A stretch of 64,000 bases of DNA, from positions 5,440,001-5,504,000 of the forward strand of contig CP181291.1 in NCBI GenBank assembly GCA_052279835.1, read 5' to 3'. This document shows positions 1-11,639 of the stretch, in pieces. The stretch is from Microcoleus sp. (GTDB lineage Bacteria; Cyanobacteriota; Cyanobacteriia; Cyanobacteriales; Microcoleaceae). Position 1 is the stretch's first letter. Every line of letters starts with the position of its first letter. A model generated the notes under the pieces. That model was not told the origin of the DNA. It made no database searches and saw only the letters and a program-made list of their open reading frames with translations. The position numbers and the translations under genes are program-made.

Positions 1-1
1 T

Positions 2-400
2 TACGGAGCCAGGGCTTGGGCCGTGAGAGCCTTGGCGGGCATTGGAGACCCCAGAGGTTTAAATATTTTGCTCGATGCAGCAGCCAATGACTTTGCTTTG
101 AGCGTGCGACGGGCGGCCGCTAGGGGTTTGGGAACCATTTGTTGGGAACTGATGCCCGCTGCACAAATTCCAGAATCTCAAAAAAACGCATCTCAAACCC
201 TGCTGCAAGCGTCCCAAGACCCCGAATGGGTGGTGCGCTACGCAGCAGTAGGTGGTTTGCAAGCTTTGGCTAGTGCTGCTGTTCAACCAGATTGGCTGTC
301 GCAAGTTTTGAGTAGACTTGAGGAAATTGCCTCTGGTGATGAAACTTCTTCAGTGAGGGCACGGGCGATGCTTGCTAAACAAAAATTGTTACCGGGCTAG
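2..400 (+). CDS. cpcF: Phycocyanobilin lyase beta subunit (HEAT-repeat), 5'-truncated by the window edge
   Basis: Open frame from position 2: YGARAWAVRALAGIGDPRG...DFALSVRRAAARGLG...EWVVRYAAV, which resembles CpcF. Confidence 0.8.
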   Translation, partial: YGARAWAVRALAGIGDPRGLNILLDAAANDFALSVRRAAARGLGTICWELMPAAQIPESQKNASQTLLQASQDPEWVVRYAAVGGLQALASAAVQPDWLSQVLSRLEEIASGDETSSVRARAMLAKQKLLPG

Positions 401-682
401 GGTTTGGGCGATCGTCTCTTCCAAATCCCGTTGAGGGAGAGTGGTTAATATAAAGACTTCTTGTACAGTTTTGCCCTGTCTGGCGATAATTTTAAATCCC
501 CCGCGAATGGGTACTGACACTCTTAGTGTCATGTGGGGGATGTGACCTTTAACTTTGTTAATGACACCAGGAGTAATGGTTTGAATGCCAATTTTTTGAG
601 TCAATCGCTCTAAAATTGGTATCAATCCGTCAAGATGGGTAGAGTGATTCCAAACTAAGCGGCCTTTAGATTGTGGGTTCAT
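389..682 (-). CDS. Conserved cyanobacterial protein (DUF2103-like)
   Basis: GRLVWNHSTH...RVSVPIRGGFKIIARQGKTVQEVF motifs. Confidence 0.7.
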   Translation of the reverse strand: MNPQSKGRLVWNHSTHLDGLIPILERLTQKIGIQTITPGVINKVKGHIPHMTLRVSVPIRGGFKIIARQGKTVQEVFILTTLPQRDLEETIAQTLAR

Positions 683-1100
683 AGCTTTTTTACCAATTCA
701 ACATACCCAGTCTAAGCCACCCCAGACGGTGAGAAATTGTCAATTCCCTGAACTTACCCATCAATTAAGACGTGATTAATTGCTCAAACCATTGTTTTGA
801 CTGCTTTTGCCTTCCTGTTCCCATTTTTGAGCCTGTCATAAAAATAAATGGAATGCTCGCAAGGCTCAATTGTAGCTCAGAAAAAGCAATCATCAACCTA
901 TTCACAGTCAATCGTCAACAATCATTTCTGAGTGCTAGGGCGATCGATATTACTTAAAATCTAAATCTGCCACACCTTCCCATCCCTCCGGTACATCATA
1001 TTGTTGATATTTAAGCAATTTTACAAAATGTCAAGTTCACAAAATTAGGCGATCGACTCTGATAAAATTTAGTCTAGACAAATTTTTTGAGGACAGACCT

Positions 1101-1427
1101 ATGTCAGAATTTCTAGACTTTCTCAGACATCAGTTTGCCTACGTTGCGGTTGGGGAATTTAAACCAGGCAAATTTAAAGCAGCAGAAGAACTTTTTGAAA
1201 AAGCGGTTGCAACTTACGTCACAGGTTTCAAAGGCGCATACTTGCTGCAATTACCTAATACAGACAAAGGTATTGCAATCGTTTTTTGGGAAAGCGTAGA
1301 TGAAATGGCTGCTAACCACAGCGAAGCTTATCAGGAAATCTTAAATAAAATGACGCCTTTGTTTGTGAAAATACCAGACAGTGATGTTTATGAAATTGTT
1401 AGTGAAATTAAGCCCAAAAGTGAATAA
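1101..1427 (+). CDS. Antibiotic biosynthesis monooxygenase-like (dimeric alpha-beta barrel) protein
   Basis: 108 aa, GAGGA RBS upstream, GFKGAYLL...IAIVFWES pattern. Confidence 0.6.
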   Translation: MSEFLDFLRHQFAYVAVGEFKPGKFKAAEELFEKAVATYVTGFKGAYLLQLPNTDKGIAIVFWESVDEMAANHSEAYQEILNKMTPLFVKIPDSDVYEIVSEIKPKSE

Positions 1428-1685
1428 ACTTGGCTGTTGGGTATGTTGAATTGCTACTGGACTGAGGATATGGTAATGGGTAATATCGAATTGTAGGGGA
1501 GCATCCCGATTTTGCATAGGCGAAGCATGACCGCAGTAAATCTCTGGTTATAACTAATAAATTGTCTGCGGTCATGCTTCGCCCCTACGAATATATTTAC
1601 AAAACACAGATGCACCCAATTGTAGGGTGCGCCATGTAAGTGTTTTGAAAAATTTAGGCGTTGGGAATTTGACGCACCTTGCTTT

Positions 1686-1823
1686 TAATTGATAAGTAGA
1701 AGGAAGAAGGAAGAGGCCACCCCCCCCTGCCCCCCCCAAGGGGGGAAGATCGATGTGAAGAATAGCAAGCCAGTCAGTTTTTGAGCGATTTGGATCTTGC
1801 ATTTAATTAGGTGGACTTACTTA
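1686..1823. repeat. Dispersed intergenic repeat; reverse-complement copy at ~39281-39400
   Basis: Both copies share TAAGTAAGTCCAC-TAATTAAATGCAAGATCCAAATCGCT...TCACATCGATCTTC...TTCCTTCTTCCTTCTACTTA. Confidence 0.8.
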
Positions 1824-1867
1824 CTAGCCTCAAGAAGTCTGGCATCGGGATATTCTATGGCCAGATT

Positions 1868-2950
1868 TTAGGCTATAGAAATTTTGGGAGACAGGTAAAC
1901 GTCTTGAATGGCGTTAAATAATTTTACCCCTTCTTCAAAGGGTCTCTGAAAGGTTTTACGTCCAGAAATTAAACCGCAACCCCCAGCGCGTTTGTTAATT
2001 ACTGCCGTGCGAATGGCTTCTGCAAAATCGGTTTTTCCTGAAGCACCGCCGGAATTAATTAAACCCATCCTTCCTGCATAACAGTTGAGGACTTGATAGC
2101 GAGTGAGATCGATCGGGTGATCCGTCGTCAAATCCGAATAAACCCGCTTGTCGGTTTTGCCGTAACTGTTACCGCTAGCTTTAGCAACAGCTTCGTAACC
2201 GTGGTTGCACTCTGGTAATTTCTGCTTAATAATGTCAGCTTCAATTGTCACACCCAAGTGATTTGCTTGACCGGTCAAGTCCGCTGCCAGATGATAATCT
2301 TTGTCTTGTTTAAAGATGTCGTTGCGGAGATAACACCAGAGAATTGTCGCCATTCCGTATTCGTGAGCATGAGCAAAAGCTTGACTGACTTCTTGGATTT
2401 GTCTGGTGGATTCTGGCGACCCAAAATAGATTGTGGCTCCGACTGCAACGGCTCCCAAATTCCAAGCTTGTTCGACGGAAGCAAACATTATTTGGTCGTA
2501 TTGATTGGGATAAGTTAGCAATTCATTGTGATTTAGCTTCACAATGAAAGGGATTTTGTGGGCGTATTTACGAGATACACTTCCCAAAACTCCTAGGGTA
2601 GTGGCGACAGCATTGCATCCGGCAGAAATTGCTAATTTAATGATATTTTCGCTGTCAAAATAGATGGGATTTGGTGCGAAAGAAGCGCCCGCTGAGTGTT
2701 CGATTCCTTGGTCTACGGGCAGGATAGATAAATAGCCGGTATTTGCTAAGCGTCCGCTAGAATATAGTTGCTGAAGAGAGCGGAGGACTTGAGGCGATCG
2801 ATCGGTTTGAGCGAAAATGCGATCGACCCAATCCGGGCCGGGTAGGTGCAATAAATCTTTAGAAACTTTCGCTTGATAGCCCAGCAAGTCTTCTGCTTCA
2901 TCGCCGAGCCAAGACTCGATGGAATTGGAAACTGATAGTGTAGCTGTCAT
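1868..2950 (-). CDS. fbaB: Class I fructose-bisphosphate aldolase (DhnA type)
   Basis: [32 protein letters not shown] (Schiff-base Lys), [12 protein letters not shown]. Confidence 0.95.
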   Translation of the reverse strand: MTATLSVSNSIESWLGDEAEDLLGYQAKVSKDLLHLPGPDWVDRIFAQTDRSPQVLRSLQQLYSSGRLANTGYLSILPVDQGIEHSAGASFAPNPIYFDSENIIKLAISAGCNAVATTLGVLGSVSRKYAHKIPFIVKLNHNELLTYPNQYDQIMFASVEQAWNLGAVAVGATIYFGSPESTRQIQEVSQAFAHAHEYGMATILWCYLRNDIFKQDKDYHLAADLTGQANHLGVTIEADIIKQKLPECNHGYEAVAKASGNSYGKTDKRVYSDLTTDHPIDLTRYQVLNCYAGRMGLINSGGASGKTDFAEAIRTAVINKRAGGCGLISGRKTFQRPFEEGVKLFNAIQDVYLSPKISIA

Positions 2951-3168
2951 ACAGATTTCCCCTTCAATTTCAATGGTAGGCTGATGATTGTAGTCATTAG
3001 CCTTGCTGGTATTGTAGCAAAAAAATCCTAGTTGCCATCCGGGGGAATATCAGGAAAGTTTTTAATCAGATTAGAGACAAGAGCAACTTTGACGCGCTAC
3101 TCTAGAATAAGCTGGCAGCTCAACAGCAGCTCAAGTACCAGCGATCGATTCACAACTTCGCCATCAAA

Positions 3169-5799
3169 ATGTCACACATATACTTTGATTCTGACAACGG
3201 TCACAAATCCTTTGAGATGCCCGGTGCTCGGCCGCATTACAATCCCGATCGCCCCGGTCAAGTAGAGCATATTTTCCTGGACTTAGTGCTGGATATTCCC
3301 AAACAAAGCTTTCACGGTACTTGCAGCGTGCGCATCAATCCAGTCCGCAGCGGTATTGACAAATTAACCTTAGATGCCGTTAACCTAAAAATTAAATCAG
3401 TAAAAGTCGGCAACATCGAGCAAAGTTTTGAGAGTGATGGCGAATTTCTAGAAATTGAATTACAGGAACCAACAGCAGCCTACAAACCAATTAAAATTGA
3501 GATCGACTATGCAGTCGAAAAACCCCAGCGAGGTCTTTATTTCGTCGGTCCAGACAAACACTACCCCGATAAACCAACTCAAGTTTGGACGCAAGGCGAA
3601 GATGAAGATTCGCGCTTTTGGTTTCCCTGTTTCGACTATCCCGGACAACTGGCAACTTCCGAAATTAAAGTACAAGTTCCCAAACAACTTTTTGCTATTT
3701 CTAACGGGGAATTAATCAACACAGAAACCAAGGGAGATGATAAAATTTATCACTGGTTGCAAAAACAGGTTCATCCCAGCTATTTGATGACTTTGGCTGT
3801 GGGAGATTTTGCGGAAATTAAAGATGAGTGGAACGGCAAACCTGTTAATTATTACGTGGAAAGAAGCCGGGAAGCTGATGCCAAACGCACCATGGGCAAA
3901 ACGCCTCAAATGATTGAATTTTTTTCTCAGACATTTGGCTACCCTTACCCGTTTCCGAAATACGCTCAAGTCTGCGTGGATGATTTCATCTTCGGGGGGA
4001 TGGAAAATACTTCGACAACTTTGCTAACAGATAGGTGCTTGTTAGACGAACGCGCTACTCTGGATAATCGTGGTTCCGAAAGCTTGGTTGCTCATGAATT
4101 AGCTCACCAATGGTTTGGCGATTTGGTAGTCATCAAACACTGGTCTCATGCTTGGATTAAAGAAGGCATGGCTTCTTATTGTGAGGTACTGTGGACTGAT
4201 AAAGAATACGGGAAAGAAGACGCGGCTTACTATATGTTAAACGAGGCGCGCAATTATTTAGCTGAAGATAGTGCTCGCTACCGCCGCCCGATGGTAACTC
4301 ACGTTTACCGGGAGGCGATCGAATTGTACGATCGCCATTTGTACGAAAAAGGCGCTTGCGTATATCACATGATCCGCGCCGAGTTGGGCGATGAGTTGTT
4401 TTACAAAGCTATTCAGACTTTTGTCCAGGACAATGCTCACAAAACTGTAGAAACTATTGATTTGTTGCGGGCGATCGAAAAAGCGACTGGTCGCAATTTA
4501 ATGTTTTTGTTTGACCAGTACGTTTATCGAGGCGGTCATCCAGATTACAAAGTTGCTTATTCCTGGGATGGAGATAACAAACTAGCGAAAGTTACTGTCA
4601 CCCAAACTCAGATAAAAGAACCGAAAAATGGCAATGCTAACAGTAAGGATGTATTCGATCTCAAAATTCCGATCGGCTTCGGTTACAAGCCGGAAAAATC
4701 AGACAGCGATGAGAGTTCTGCATCCTCTGGGCCGAAGCTGAAAATTTTTACGGTGCGCGTGTACGAACGGGAGCAAAGTTTCTATTTTCCCTTAGAAGAG
4801 AAGCCTGCCTTCATCAGCTTTGATGTGGAAAATAAATACTTAAAAACAGTTAGTTTAGAGTTGCCTGTTGCCGAACTAAAAGCTCAGTTGCAATTAGATC
4901 CTGACCCAGTTTCCCGGATTTACGCCGCCCAAGCTTTGGCCAAAAAGGGAGGATTGGAGGTCGTGAACTTGCTATCAGAAGCTTTGAAGAAGGAGCCATT
5001 TTGGGCGGTGCGTGCGGAAGTTGCTGGCTATTTAGTAGAAATTAAACTAGACCAAGTTTTTGAAGGTTTGGTAACTGGTTTGAAGGATAAAGATGCTCGT
5101 GTTCGCCGTGCTGTGGTGGGGGCGCTGGGTAAAATCAAAACTCACGAAAGCTATAAAGCTTTGAGATCCATTGTTGAAAAAGGGGATGCTAGCTATTATG
5201 TAGAAGCGGCGGCTGCAAGTGCGATCGGGGGAATTGCAGGGGCTAACCTGGATGAAAAACCGACTGACGAACAGGTACTCAAAGAGTTAAAATTGGTGCT
5301 GAAAGAGCGTCAAGGGTGGAATGAGGTGGTGCGATCGGGGGCGATATCCGGTTTAGCCCAAATGAAAACCTCTGAAGACGCGCTGAATCAGATTTTGAAA
5401 TACACAGCCATTGGTACTCCCCAAGCTTTGCGCTTGGGTGCAATTCGTGCTTTGGGTACAATTTCTACCGGCCAAAATAAGCTTAATTTAGAACGGATTT
5501 TACAGCGATTGGCTGAACTATCTAAAGAGACGTTTTTCTTGACTCAAGTATCTGTAGTTGCAGCATTAGGACAAATGGAAACTCGCAAAGCGATTCGGAT
5601 TTTGCGTGCTTTAGCGGACCAAACTCCTGATGGGCGCGTTCGTCGCATGGCGGATGAGGCTGTGCAAAGAGTGCTCAAAAGCGCTGGTTCTGATGCAGCA
5701 GTGAAGCAGTTGCGAGAGGAATTAGACCAGGTAAAAAAGGACAATCAAGAGTTGAAAAGTCGTTTGGAAAGTTTGGAGGCTAAGTCGAAAAAAGATTAG
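3169..5799 (+). CDS. pepN: M1 family aminopeptidase with C-terminal HEAT repeats and coiled coil
   Basis: GGMEN and HELAHQWFGD...E zinc motifs; HEAT-like repeats in the C-terminal third. Confidence 0.9.
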   Translation: MSHIYFDSDNGHKSFEMPGARPHYNPDRPGQVEHIFLDLVLDIPKQSFHGTCSVRINPVRSGIDKLTLDAVNLKIKSVKVGNIEQSFESDGEFLEIELQEPTAAYKPIKIEIDYAVEKPQRGLYFVGPDKHYPDKPTQVWTQGEDEDSRFWFPCFDYPGQLATSEIKVQVPKQLFAISNGELINTETKGDDKIYHWLQKQVHPSYLMTLAVGDFAEIKDEWNGKPVNYYVERSREADAKRTMGKTPQMIEFFSQTFGYPYPFPKYAQVCVDDFIFGGMENTSTTLLTDRCLLDERATLDNRGSESLVAHELAHQWFGDLVVIKHWSHAWIKEGMASYCEVLWTDKEYGKEDAAYYMLNEARNYLAEDSARYRRPMVTHVYREAIELYDRHLYEKGACVYHMIRAELGDELFYKAIQTFVQDNAHKTVETIDLLRAIEKATGRNLMFLFDQYVYRGGHPDYKVAYSWDGDNKLAKVTVTQTQIKEPKNGNANSKDVFDLKIPIGFGYKPEKSDSDESSASSGPKLKIFTVRVYEREQSFYFPLEEKPAFISFDVENKYLKTVSLELPVAELKAQLQLDPDPVSRIYAAQALAKKGGLEVVNLLSEALKKEPFWAVRAEVAGYLVEIKLDQVFEGLVTGLKDKDARVRRAVVGALGKIKTHESYKALRSIVEKGDASYYVEAAAASAIGGIAGANLDEKPTDEQVLKELKLVLKERQGWNEVVRSGAISGLAQMKTSEDALNQILKYTAIGTPQALRLGAIRALGTISTGQNKLNLERILQRLAELSKETFFLTQVSVVAALGQMETRKAIRILRALADQTPDGRVRRMADEAVQRVLKSAGSDAAVKQLREELDQVKKDNQELKSRLESLEAKSKKD

Positions 5800-5816
5800 G
5801 TTAAGTAGATAAACCT

Positions 5817-5898
5817 AAAAAACCCGGTTTCTTCGATAAATTTCGATTTATGTGAGATATTGAGGAAGAAACCGGGTTTTTGACCTCGTGCGTAAGTT
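5817..5898. repeat. Inverted repeat / MITE remnant (AAAAACCCGGTTTC...GAAACCGGGTTTTT, ending TGCGTAAGT)
   Basis: Same motifs occur in the element at 63070-63322 and at ~55265-55300. Confidence 0.7.
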
Positions 5899-5987
5899 AT
5901 GTAAAATCTGGGTGCAATTTGTGTTTTTAATTTTCAATTGTGAATTAAGTTGAACCAGTTTTTGCACTACAATATGTTTCCTAAATT

Positions 5988-6404
5988 ATGAGTAGCAGAA
6001 CAATTGTATTGGTGGAACAATCGGGGGTAATTCCCTACCGCCTTATGGACGGTAAAATTGAAGTAATGTTGATTACTTCTTCGGGAGGTAAGCGTTGGGT
6101 AATTCCGAAAGGTTTGATTGAACCTGACATGACTCCCGAAGATTCGGCGGCAAAGGAAGCTTGGGAGGAAGCAGGTGTATTGGGTCGAGTATTTCCAGAT
6201 TTGATGGGGACTTACGAATACTATAAGGCTGGTTGTACTTGGCAAGTGGATGTATTTTTACTGCAAGTAGAAACTGTGGTGGAAAATTGGCCTGAAGCTT
6301 ATAAGAGAAAGCGTCAGTGGGTGAGCATTCCTAAAGCAATTAAGCGGGTTGATGAACCGGAATTGAAATTGATTCTTGGGGATTTGCCGCAGAGATTTTG
6401 GTAA
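5988..6404 (+). CDS. NUDIX hydrolase
   Basis: Nudix box GLIEPDMTPEDSAAKEAWEEAGV. Confidence 0.92.
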   Translation: MSSRTIVLVEQSGVIPYRLMDGKIEVMLITSSGGKRWVIPKGLIEPDMTPEDSAAKEAWEEAGVLGRVFPDLMGTYEYYKAGCTWQVDVFLLQVETVVENWPEAYKRKRQWVSIPKAIKRVDEPELKLILGDLPQRFW

Positions 6405-6645
6405 GCAGTCGATCGGTAAGGGGGGGTTTACCAATACTTTGGTTTTCCACCATAAATTCGGTTGAACCCGCTAAAAGAAAAAAATGACTGAAGACTATAT
6501 GCAGTAAGATTCTGGAGATGCGATCGCCATGCCATCTCCTCTGATGACCCACATTAACCCAATTAAAATTATGGCGTTGCTGGATGGAGGTATGATAGAG
6601 TTCGATCGAGAGTAACAAAAAAACATCAACCTAGAATTAAAATCA

Positions 6646-7140
6646 ATGCAATGTCCTGAATGTAAGTCAACTCATATTCCTAATAATGGACACAAAAAAG
6701 GCAAACACAATTGTCTTTATGTTAACTGTGGTAAACAATTTATATACTCTTATGAATATCAGAAAGGATACGTAAAATAAGTTAAACAACAATGCCTATT
6801 AATATGTTAATGGCAGGGAATTTCGAGGTATTGAGAGAGTTAAAGGCGCACATAATACAACAATTATGGCGGGGGACAACAAGTAGGAGAACTGCTGCCA
6901 GATTATTACACTCAGCGAGACCATACCCGACCTAGGAGAATTAGATGAACTGGAAACATTTGTTAAGTCAAAAAAAATAAAATTTGGTTAGGGACGGCAG
7001 TAAACTACTTTCAAGTAGGTATTTTAGGGTAGGTGTTGGGAGACCCTAGCCCTCAGACATTTAAACCTTTATGGGATGAGGTAGTTAGCAAAGGGAAATG
7101 CTATTTTTATGTAACTGATGGAGGGAAGGTTTACCCAATA
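6646..7140 (+). pseudogene. Degraded IS1-family transposase (InsA/InsB-like)
   Basis: MQCPECKSTHI...C..CG zinc-finger start, then ELDELETFV and FYVTDGGKVYP, interrupted by stops and frameshifts. Confidence 0.85.
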
Positions 7141-7341
7141 TGGGCTGTTATTAATAAGGATACTAATCCCTTTAAGTTATCCATACTGTTCTCAAGGCTA
7201 TTCCAGAGTTCTGCGATTGTAACCGCTTTGAAAAATTAAAATTGCTTTGGCTAATGCCGAGCGTAAGCGATAGCGCTTAGCCCTTTTTTCTATTTCTCCA
7301 AACCTTGATAAATATCGTTAAGTCGCTGCGCCACTCTACTG

Positions 7342-8154
7342 CTAAAGGAGTCGCAACCGAATTACTAGGATTGGGGGAATTTCTGTAATATTTTTCCATG
7401 ATAGAAGTCGGTCTGGTGCTACTTGTCCAGCCCAAGCAAGTTCTTCAATACCATCTAGAACGAACCCTGCGGCGAAACAGATGTTTAAGAGATGACTGAT
7501 GGAGCGATGAAAGTAGTAATGAGAAACAGGCTGTCCTGGGGTTGCAAGACCTTTTTGTGTTGAGGGAGTTAAATACTTGGTTACTTTGACTGAATACAGA
7601 GTTGTTAGAGCTTCCTGTTCGATAATTTGCTCCGCCATGACTTGGCTACCAAGGGAACTAAAACACGGATGAAGAATCGAAAAAACAAAGCATCCACCAA
7701 CTTTCAGCAATTGTGAAAGTGCATTCAATAATGGTTCAATAGTTACTATATCCATCAGCGCCATATTGGCAACAGCCGCATCAAACTGTCTTTGACCCAA
7801 GGAAAGGAGTTGTGCTTCCTTTGTAGCATCAATATGCTTGTAAATAATGTTTTGATTGATTGATTGTTGATGTTGACGAGCGCGTTCTAAAAAACTTTCT
7901 GAAAAATCACACGCAACTACTTCTGCTCCGAGTGCTGCTAACCGCCGAGAAAATTGACCGTTACCACAAGCTATATCCAGGACTTTTTCGCCTGACTTCA
8001 AAGATAACAATCGCTCTGTTGTTGGAGCAATCAGAATGCGGTGAAGATCGTTACCACTTTCTCCTGTTTGATCATCCCACCAACTGCCAAGCTGATTCCA
8101 ATTGTCTTGGGATTCTTGTACTAATTCTTCTTGTGAGTGCCTATTACTGTTCAT
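7342..8154 (-). CDS. Class I SAM-dependent methyltransferase
   Basis: VLDIACGNG motif I; FDAAVANMALMD; LKVGGCFVFSILHPCF. Confidence 0.9.
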   Translation of the reverse strand: MNSNRHSQEELVQESQDNWNQLGSWWDDQTGESGNDLHRILIAPTTERLLSLKSGEKVLDIACGNGQFSRRLAALGAEVVACDFSESFLERARQHQQSINQNIIYKHIDATKEAQLLSLGQRQFDAAVANMALMDIVTIEPLLNALSQLLKVGGCFVFSILHPCFSSLGSQVMAEQIIEQEALTTLYSVKVTKYLTPSTQKGLATPGQPVSHYYFHRSISHLLNICFAAGFVLDGIEELAWAGQVAPDRLLSWKNITEIPPILVIRLRLL

Positions 8155-8370
8155 TTGTCAAAATTTTAGGGTTGAGATTATAAAGCTTGCCAAATCAAGA
8201 TATCAAATAGTTTAATGTCTAATGATGTGCTTAGTCAAGCAATTTTATATGAGAAAAGCTAATCAATTACTGAAAGAATTTAAAAAAACGAATATAAAAA
8301 AGCCAATCGCTATTATTAGATATAAGTACGGGCTGCCCCTTCCTGTGGTGTTAACTGTAAAATAAAAGCT

Positions 8371-9909
8371 CTAGTAGCATTCGTTTAACAATACCTTCGC
8401 CAATTTTTCGATAACAAGCACAGAATCAGGGTTTTTGCTCAAGGGTTGCAATCGAGCCAATTGTTCAATTAAAACAAAACGCATATCTCGTTTTTGGCTA
8501 ATTATCTTTAATTCTGGATGCTCGACATTAAAAAAATCGAGTCCTATTTCTTGTCCTGAAATTAAAAATGTATTAACAGCCACTTTATATTTCTTTTCAG
8601 CATCTAAATTCTGCCGATTAATCAACCAAGTTTTTGAAGCTGGATTCCAAATAACATTATATGTTTGCAAATAGCTACCAGTGCCTTTATTCGTTTCCCC
8701 TTGGTTTAAAACTTTCTTTAAAAGATTACCAGTTATTTCTAATAATAAAATTTTTTCATATTCAAATGGTATAATACGAATTACATCATATTGAGTAATC
8801 CAACTTGGCGGAATTACCTCATCTATACGAATTACGCCACTATTAAATAAAGCTAAATCTGCGTTTCCTGTTTCTTGTATCATTGATTTAGCAATCAACT
8901 TAGTTAATATTGTAGGCTGCTTACGAATAGTTGATTCTAAACCATTGAGAAAAATGGCAACTTTGGCAATTTTATACTCTGGATTAAAACCATTAGTTTT
9001 AAAAGTGTCATAGCCTAGTTCTAACCATTTTTTTACCACTTTTTTCGTGTTAAGATTTTCAGGAATTTCTTCAGTAATCGGTATGAGGTAAGATTTAATT
9101 TCAAGGCTTTTTTTAAGAGTATTATAAATTAGTTGATGAACATAGACACTTCGCGAATTAACATCTGATTTAAAGATGGGTGCATAATTTTTAATTTGTT
9201 TTTTTGCAGCTTTATGGTCATGTCCACCAATAATCAGATCAATTTCTGGAGTAAGAGTTGCTAATTTGCAATCATCTTCAATTGGCAAATGAGTCATGCC
9301 AATCAGAATATCAACTTTATCTCTTAAAAATTTAGCCTGCTGATTGGCTGTGTTAATAGGGTTTGTATAGGTAACATAGTTGGACTTGTTGCAATCAGTC
9401 GTGACTCCAATTAACCCGATTTTAACGATTGTTCCATCATTGTTTTTTACATCAAAAATAATAAACCTTGGGACATTTTCAAAAGGTTGTCCATTTCGAT
9501 CCGAAACATTACCAGAAAACCATGTAAAGCAAGATTCTTTTAGTCTTTGATAAAATAACTTCTCAACAATGTCAAACTCATGGTTTCCAAATGTTGCGTA
9601 ATTCACCCCCAAAGAATTCATTACAGCGACCATCTGCTGCCCCGCCAGAGGAATTCCATTGATTTTAGCATTCCCCAAAGCCGAAGGACTTAAACAATCT
9701 CCAGAAAACATTGTATAAGTATTAGGATTTAGTTGGATAAGTGCTTTCTTTAATGTAGCAATACGAGCAAAACCACCACGGACTCCCCCTTCTAGAGAAT
9801 TAATTTCATAGGTATCATTCAGTTGTAACAGATTAATATTTACAACTTCGGGATTTAGAGAATTACCCTCAAAATGTGGGAAGCCTGGGCATGAGTTGGT
9901 AAAGTTCAT
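8371..9909 (-). CDS. Bifunctional metallophosphatase / 5'-nucleotidase
   Basis: NDTYE, SGDCLSPS, GNHEFD, GGHDH, NSGVIR motifs. Confidence 0.9.
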   Translation of the reverse strand: MNFTNSCPGFPHFEGNSLNPEVVNINLLQLNDTYEINSLEGGVRGGFARIATLKKALIQLNPNTYTMFSGDCLSPSALGNAKINGIPLAGQQMVAVMNSLGVNYATFGNHEFDIVEKLFYQRLKESCFTWFSGNVSDRNGQPFENVPRFIIFDVKNNDGTIVKIGLIGVTTDCNKSNYVTYTNPINTANQQAKFLRDKVDILIGMTHLPIEDDCKLATLTPEIDLIIGGHDHKAAKKQIKNYAPIFKSDVNSRSVYVHQLIYNTLKKSLEIKSYLIPITEEIPENLNTKKVVKKWLELGYDTFKTNGFNPEYKIAKVAIFLNGLESTIRKQPTILTKLIAKSMIQETGNADLALFNSGVIRIDEVIPPSWITQYDVIRIIPFEYEKILLLEITGNLLKKVLNQGETNKGTGSYLQTYNVIWNPASKTWLINRQNLDAEKKYKVAVNTFLISGQEIGLDFFNVEHPELKIISQKRDMRFVLIEQLARLQPLSKNPDSVLVIEKLAKVLLNECY

Positions 9910-10060
9910 AACCTATGATAATGAAAACATACTGGTTATACTTGTAATATCCGAGTACATCGGAATTATGTATTTTGTGGTGCGGGCATCTTGCCCGCTA
10001 TCTCTACAGAATCCTATCATAATAAAAACATACTGATTATACTTGTAACTGTTACTTGAG

Positions 10061-11581
10061 CTAAAATTGAAAATAAACAAAGGGGTCAGGAATTATTGCT
10101 GCAAATCTCAATATCATTGAAGCCAATACTCCATAAAAAGCTGCAAAACTCCAGGTTGGGATTTTACGATGCCAATCAGCAAACCAACCCTTGTAAGCTG
10201 CCCAATGGACTATGGTTAAAGGGACAAAAATCCATCCAATTTGGATATTTATGTTTTGAGAACCGGCAGAATTTAGGAAGAGAAAAGCTTTCTCCACTTG
10301 GATAGCAGTGCTGATATCGTTACTCCGAAAGAAGATTGTAGACGCGCAAATCCAGTAAAAAGTGAGGGGGATGCCTATGATATTTCTAATCGGCATCAAT
10401 TGTTTGTAGGGAGCCATCCAAGATGACCATTGCTTGTGAACAACTAAAGCGATGCCATTCAATCCCCCCCAAAGTATAAAATGCCAAGCTGCACCATGCC
10501 AGAATCCAGAAACAAGCATGAGAATGAGGGTATTTCTGGATTTAAACAATTCTGTGCGTTCCGCTTTTGGTCGCCTTTTCATCAAAGGGAAATAGATATA
10601 GTCTCGTAGCCAAGTGAAGAGGGTAATGTGCCAACGTTGCCAAAATAGAGTGATATTACTGGAAAGGAAGGGAAAATTAAAGTTAAGAGGTAACTTATAT
10701 CCCAGCAACCCTGCACTAGCAATTGCCATATCTGAGTAGCCAGAAAAGTCACAGTATATTTGGATTATGAAAGAGACAGTAGCAATCCAACAACTCAAAG
10801 CGGTATAATTTTCTGGATTGGCGAAATACTGGTCTACTAAGGGAGATAAATTATCCGAAACACAAGCTTTTTTAAAATATCCCACCATAAAAAGTGTTAA
10901 ACATCCCCGAAAATCAACTTCATTTAAGTTTTTGGGAGTTAGTAACTGAGGTAAAAAAGTGGAGGCGCGGACAATAGGCCCGGCAACGAGTTGAGGGAAA
11001 AACGCTACAAATAAAGCAAAATCCCAAAAATTCCTAATCGGTTTTAGTTGGCATAAATAGACATCGATAGAATAGCTCAGAGTTTGAAAAGTATAAAAAC
11101 TAATGCCTGCTGGCAGAATGATTTCCAGGGTTTTAATACTGATAGGTAAACCCAAAAATGTTAATAAATTTGAGGCAGAGTCAACAAAAAAGTTATAGTA
11201 TTTGAAAAATCCTAATAATCCCAGGTTTACCACTAAACTCACTGCTAACCATATTTTGCGCTCGTTCTGACTCATTGGTTTCATCAGCAGCGTATCCCAA
11301 GAAGATAAGGCTATCTGTTCGTTTTGTAATCCCTCGCTGGTTGGAATTTCTGGTTCTGCTGTTGAGCGATCAACCAGTGGTCTAGATAGCATTAAACCGA
11401 CAAAGTAATCAACAAATGTGGATACCAAAAGCAGTGAAAGGAAGCGCCAATCCCAAGAACCATAGAAGATATAACTGCAAACTAGCAACCAAAATTTGCG
11501 ATAATTGTTTTTTTCTAAAGTCCAGTAGACGCCGAAAATTAGAATAAAGAAAAAGACAAACCTAAATTCTGTAAAAATCAT
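10061..11581 (-). CDS. MBOAT O-acyltransferase (AlgI/DltB-like)
   Basis: GISFYTFQTLSY, FFPQLVAGPIVRA, YCDFSGYSDMA, FWQRWHITL, GFWHGA. Confidence 0.92.
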   Translation of the reverse strand: MIFTEFRFVFFFILIFGVYWTLEKNNYRKFWLLVCSYIFYGSWDWRFLSLLLVSTFVDYFVGLMLSRPLVDRSTAEPEIPTSEGLQNEQIALSSWDTLLMKPMSQNERKIWLAVSLVVNLGLLGFFKYYNFFVDSASNLLTFLGLPISIKTLEIILPAGISFYTFQTLSYSIDVYLCQLKPIRNFWDFALFVAFFPQLVAGPIVRASTFLPQLLTPKNLNEVDFRGCLTLFMVGYFKKACVSDNLSPLVDQYFANPENYTALSCWIATVSFIIQIYCDFSGYSDMAIASAGLLGYKLPLNFNFPFLSSNITLFWQRWHITLFTWLRDYIYFPLMKRRPKAERTELFKSRNTLILMLVSGFWHGAAWHFILWGGLNGIALVVHKQWSSWMAPYKQLMPIRNIIGIPLTFYWICASTIFFRSNDISTAIQVEKAFLFLNSAGSQNINIQIGWIFVPLTIVHWAAYKGWFADWHRKIPTWSFAAFYGVLASMILRFAAIIPDPFVYFQF

Positions 11582-11639
11582 GTTGCTCCTAATGGGTGAA
11601 TGTTTGAGCAGGTTGGACTATTTACCACATTAACTCTGT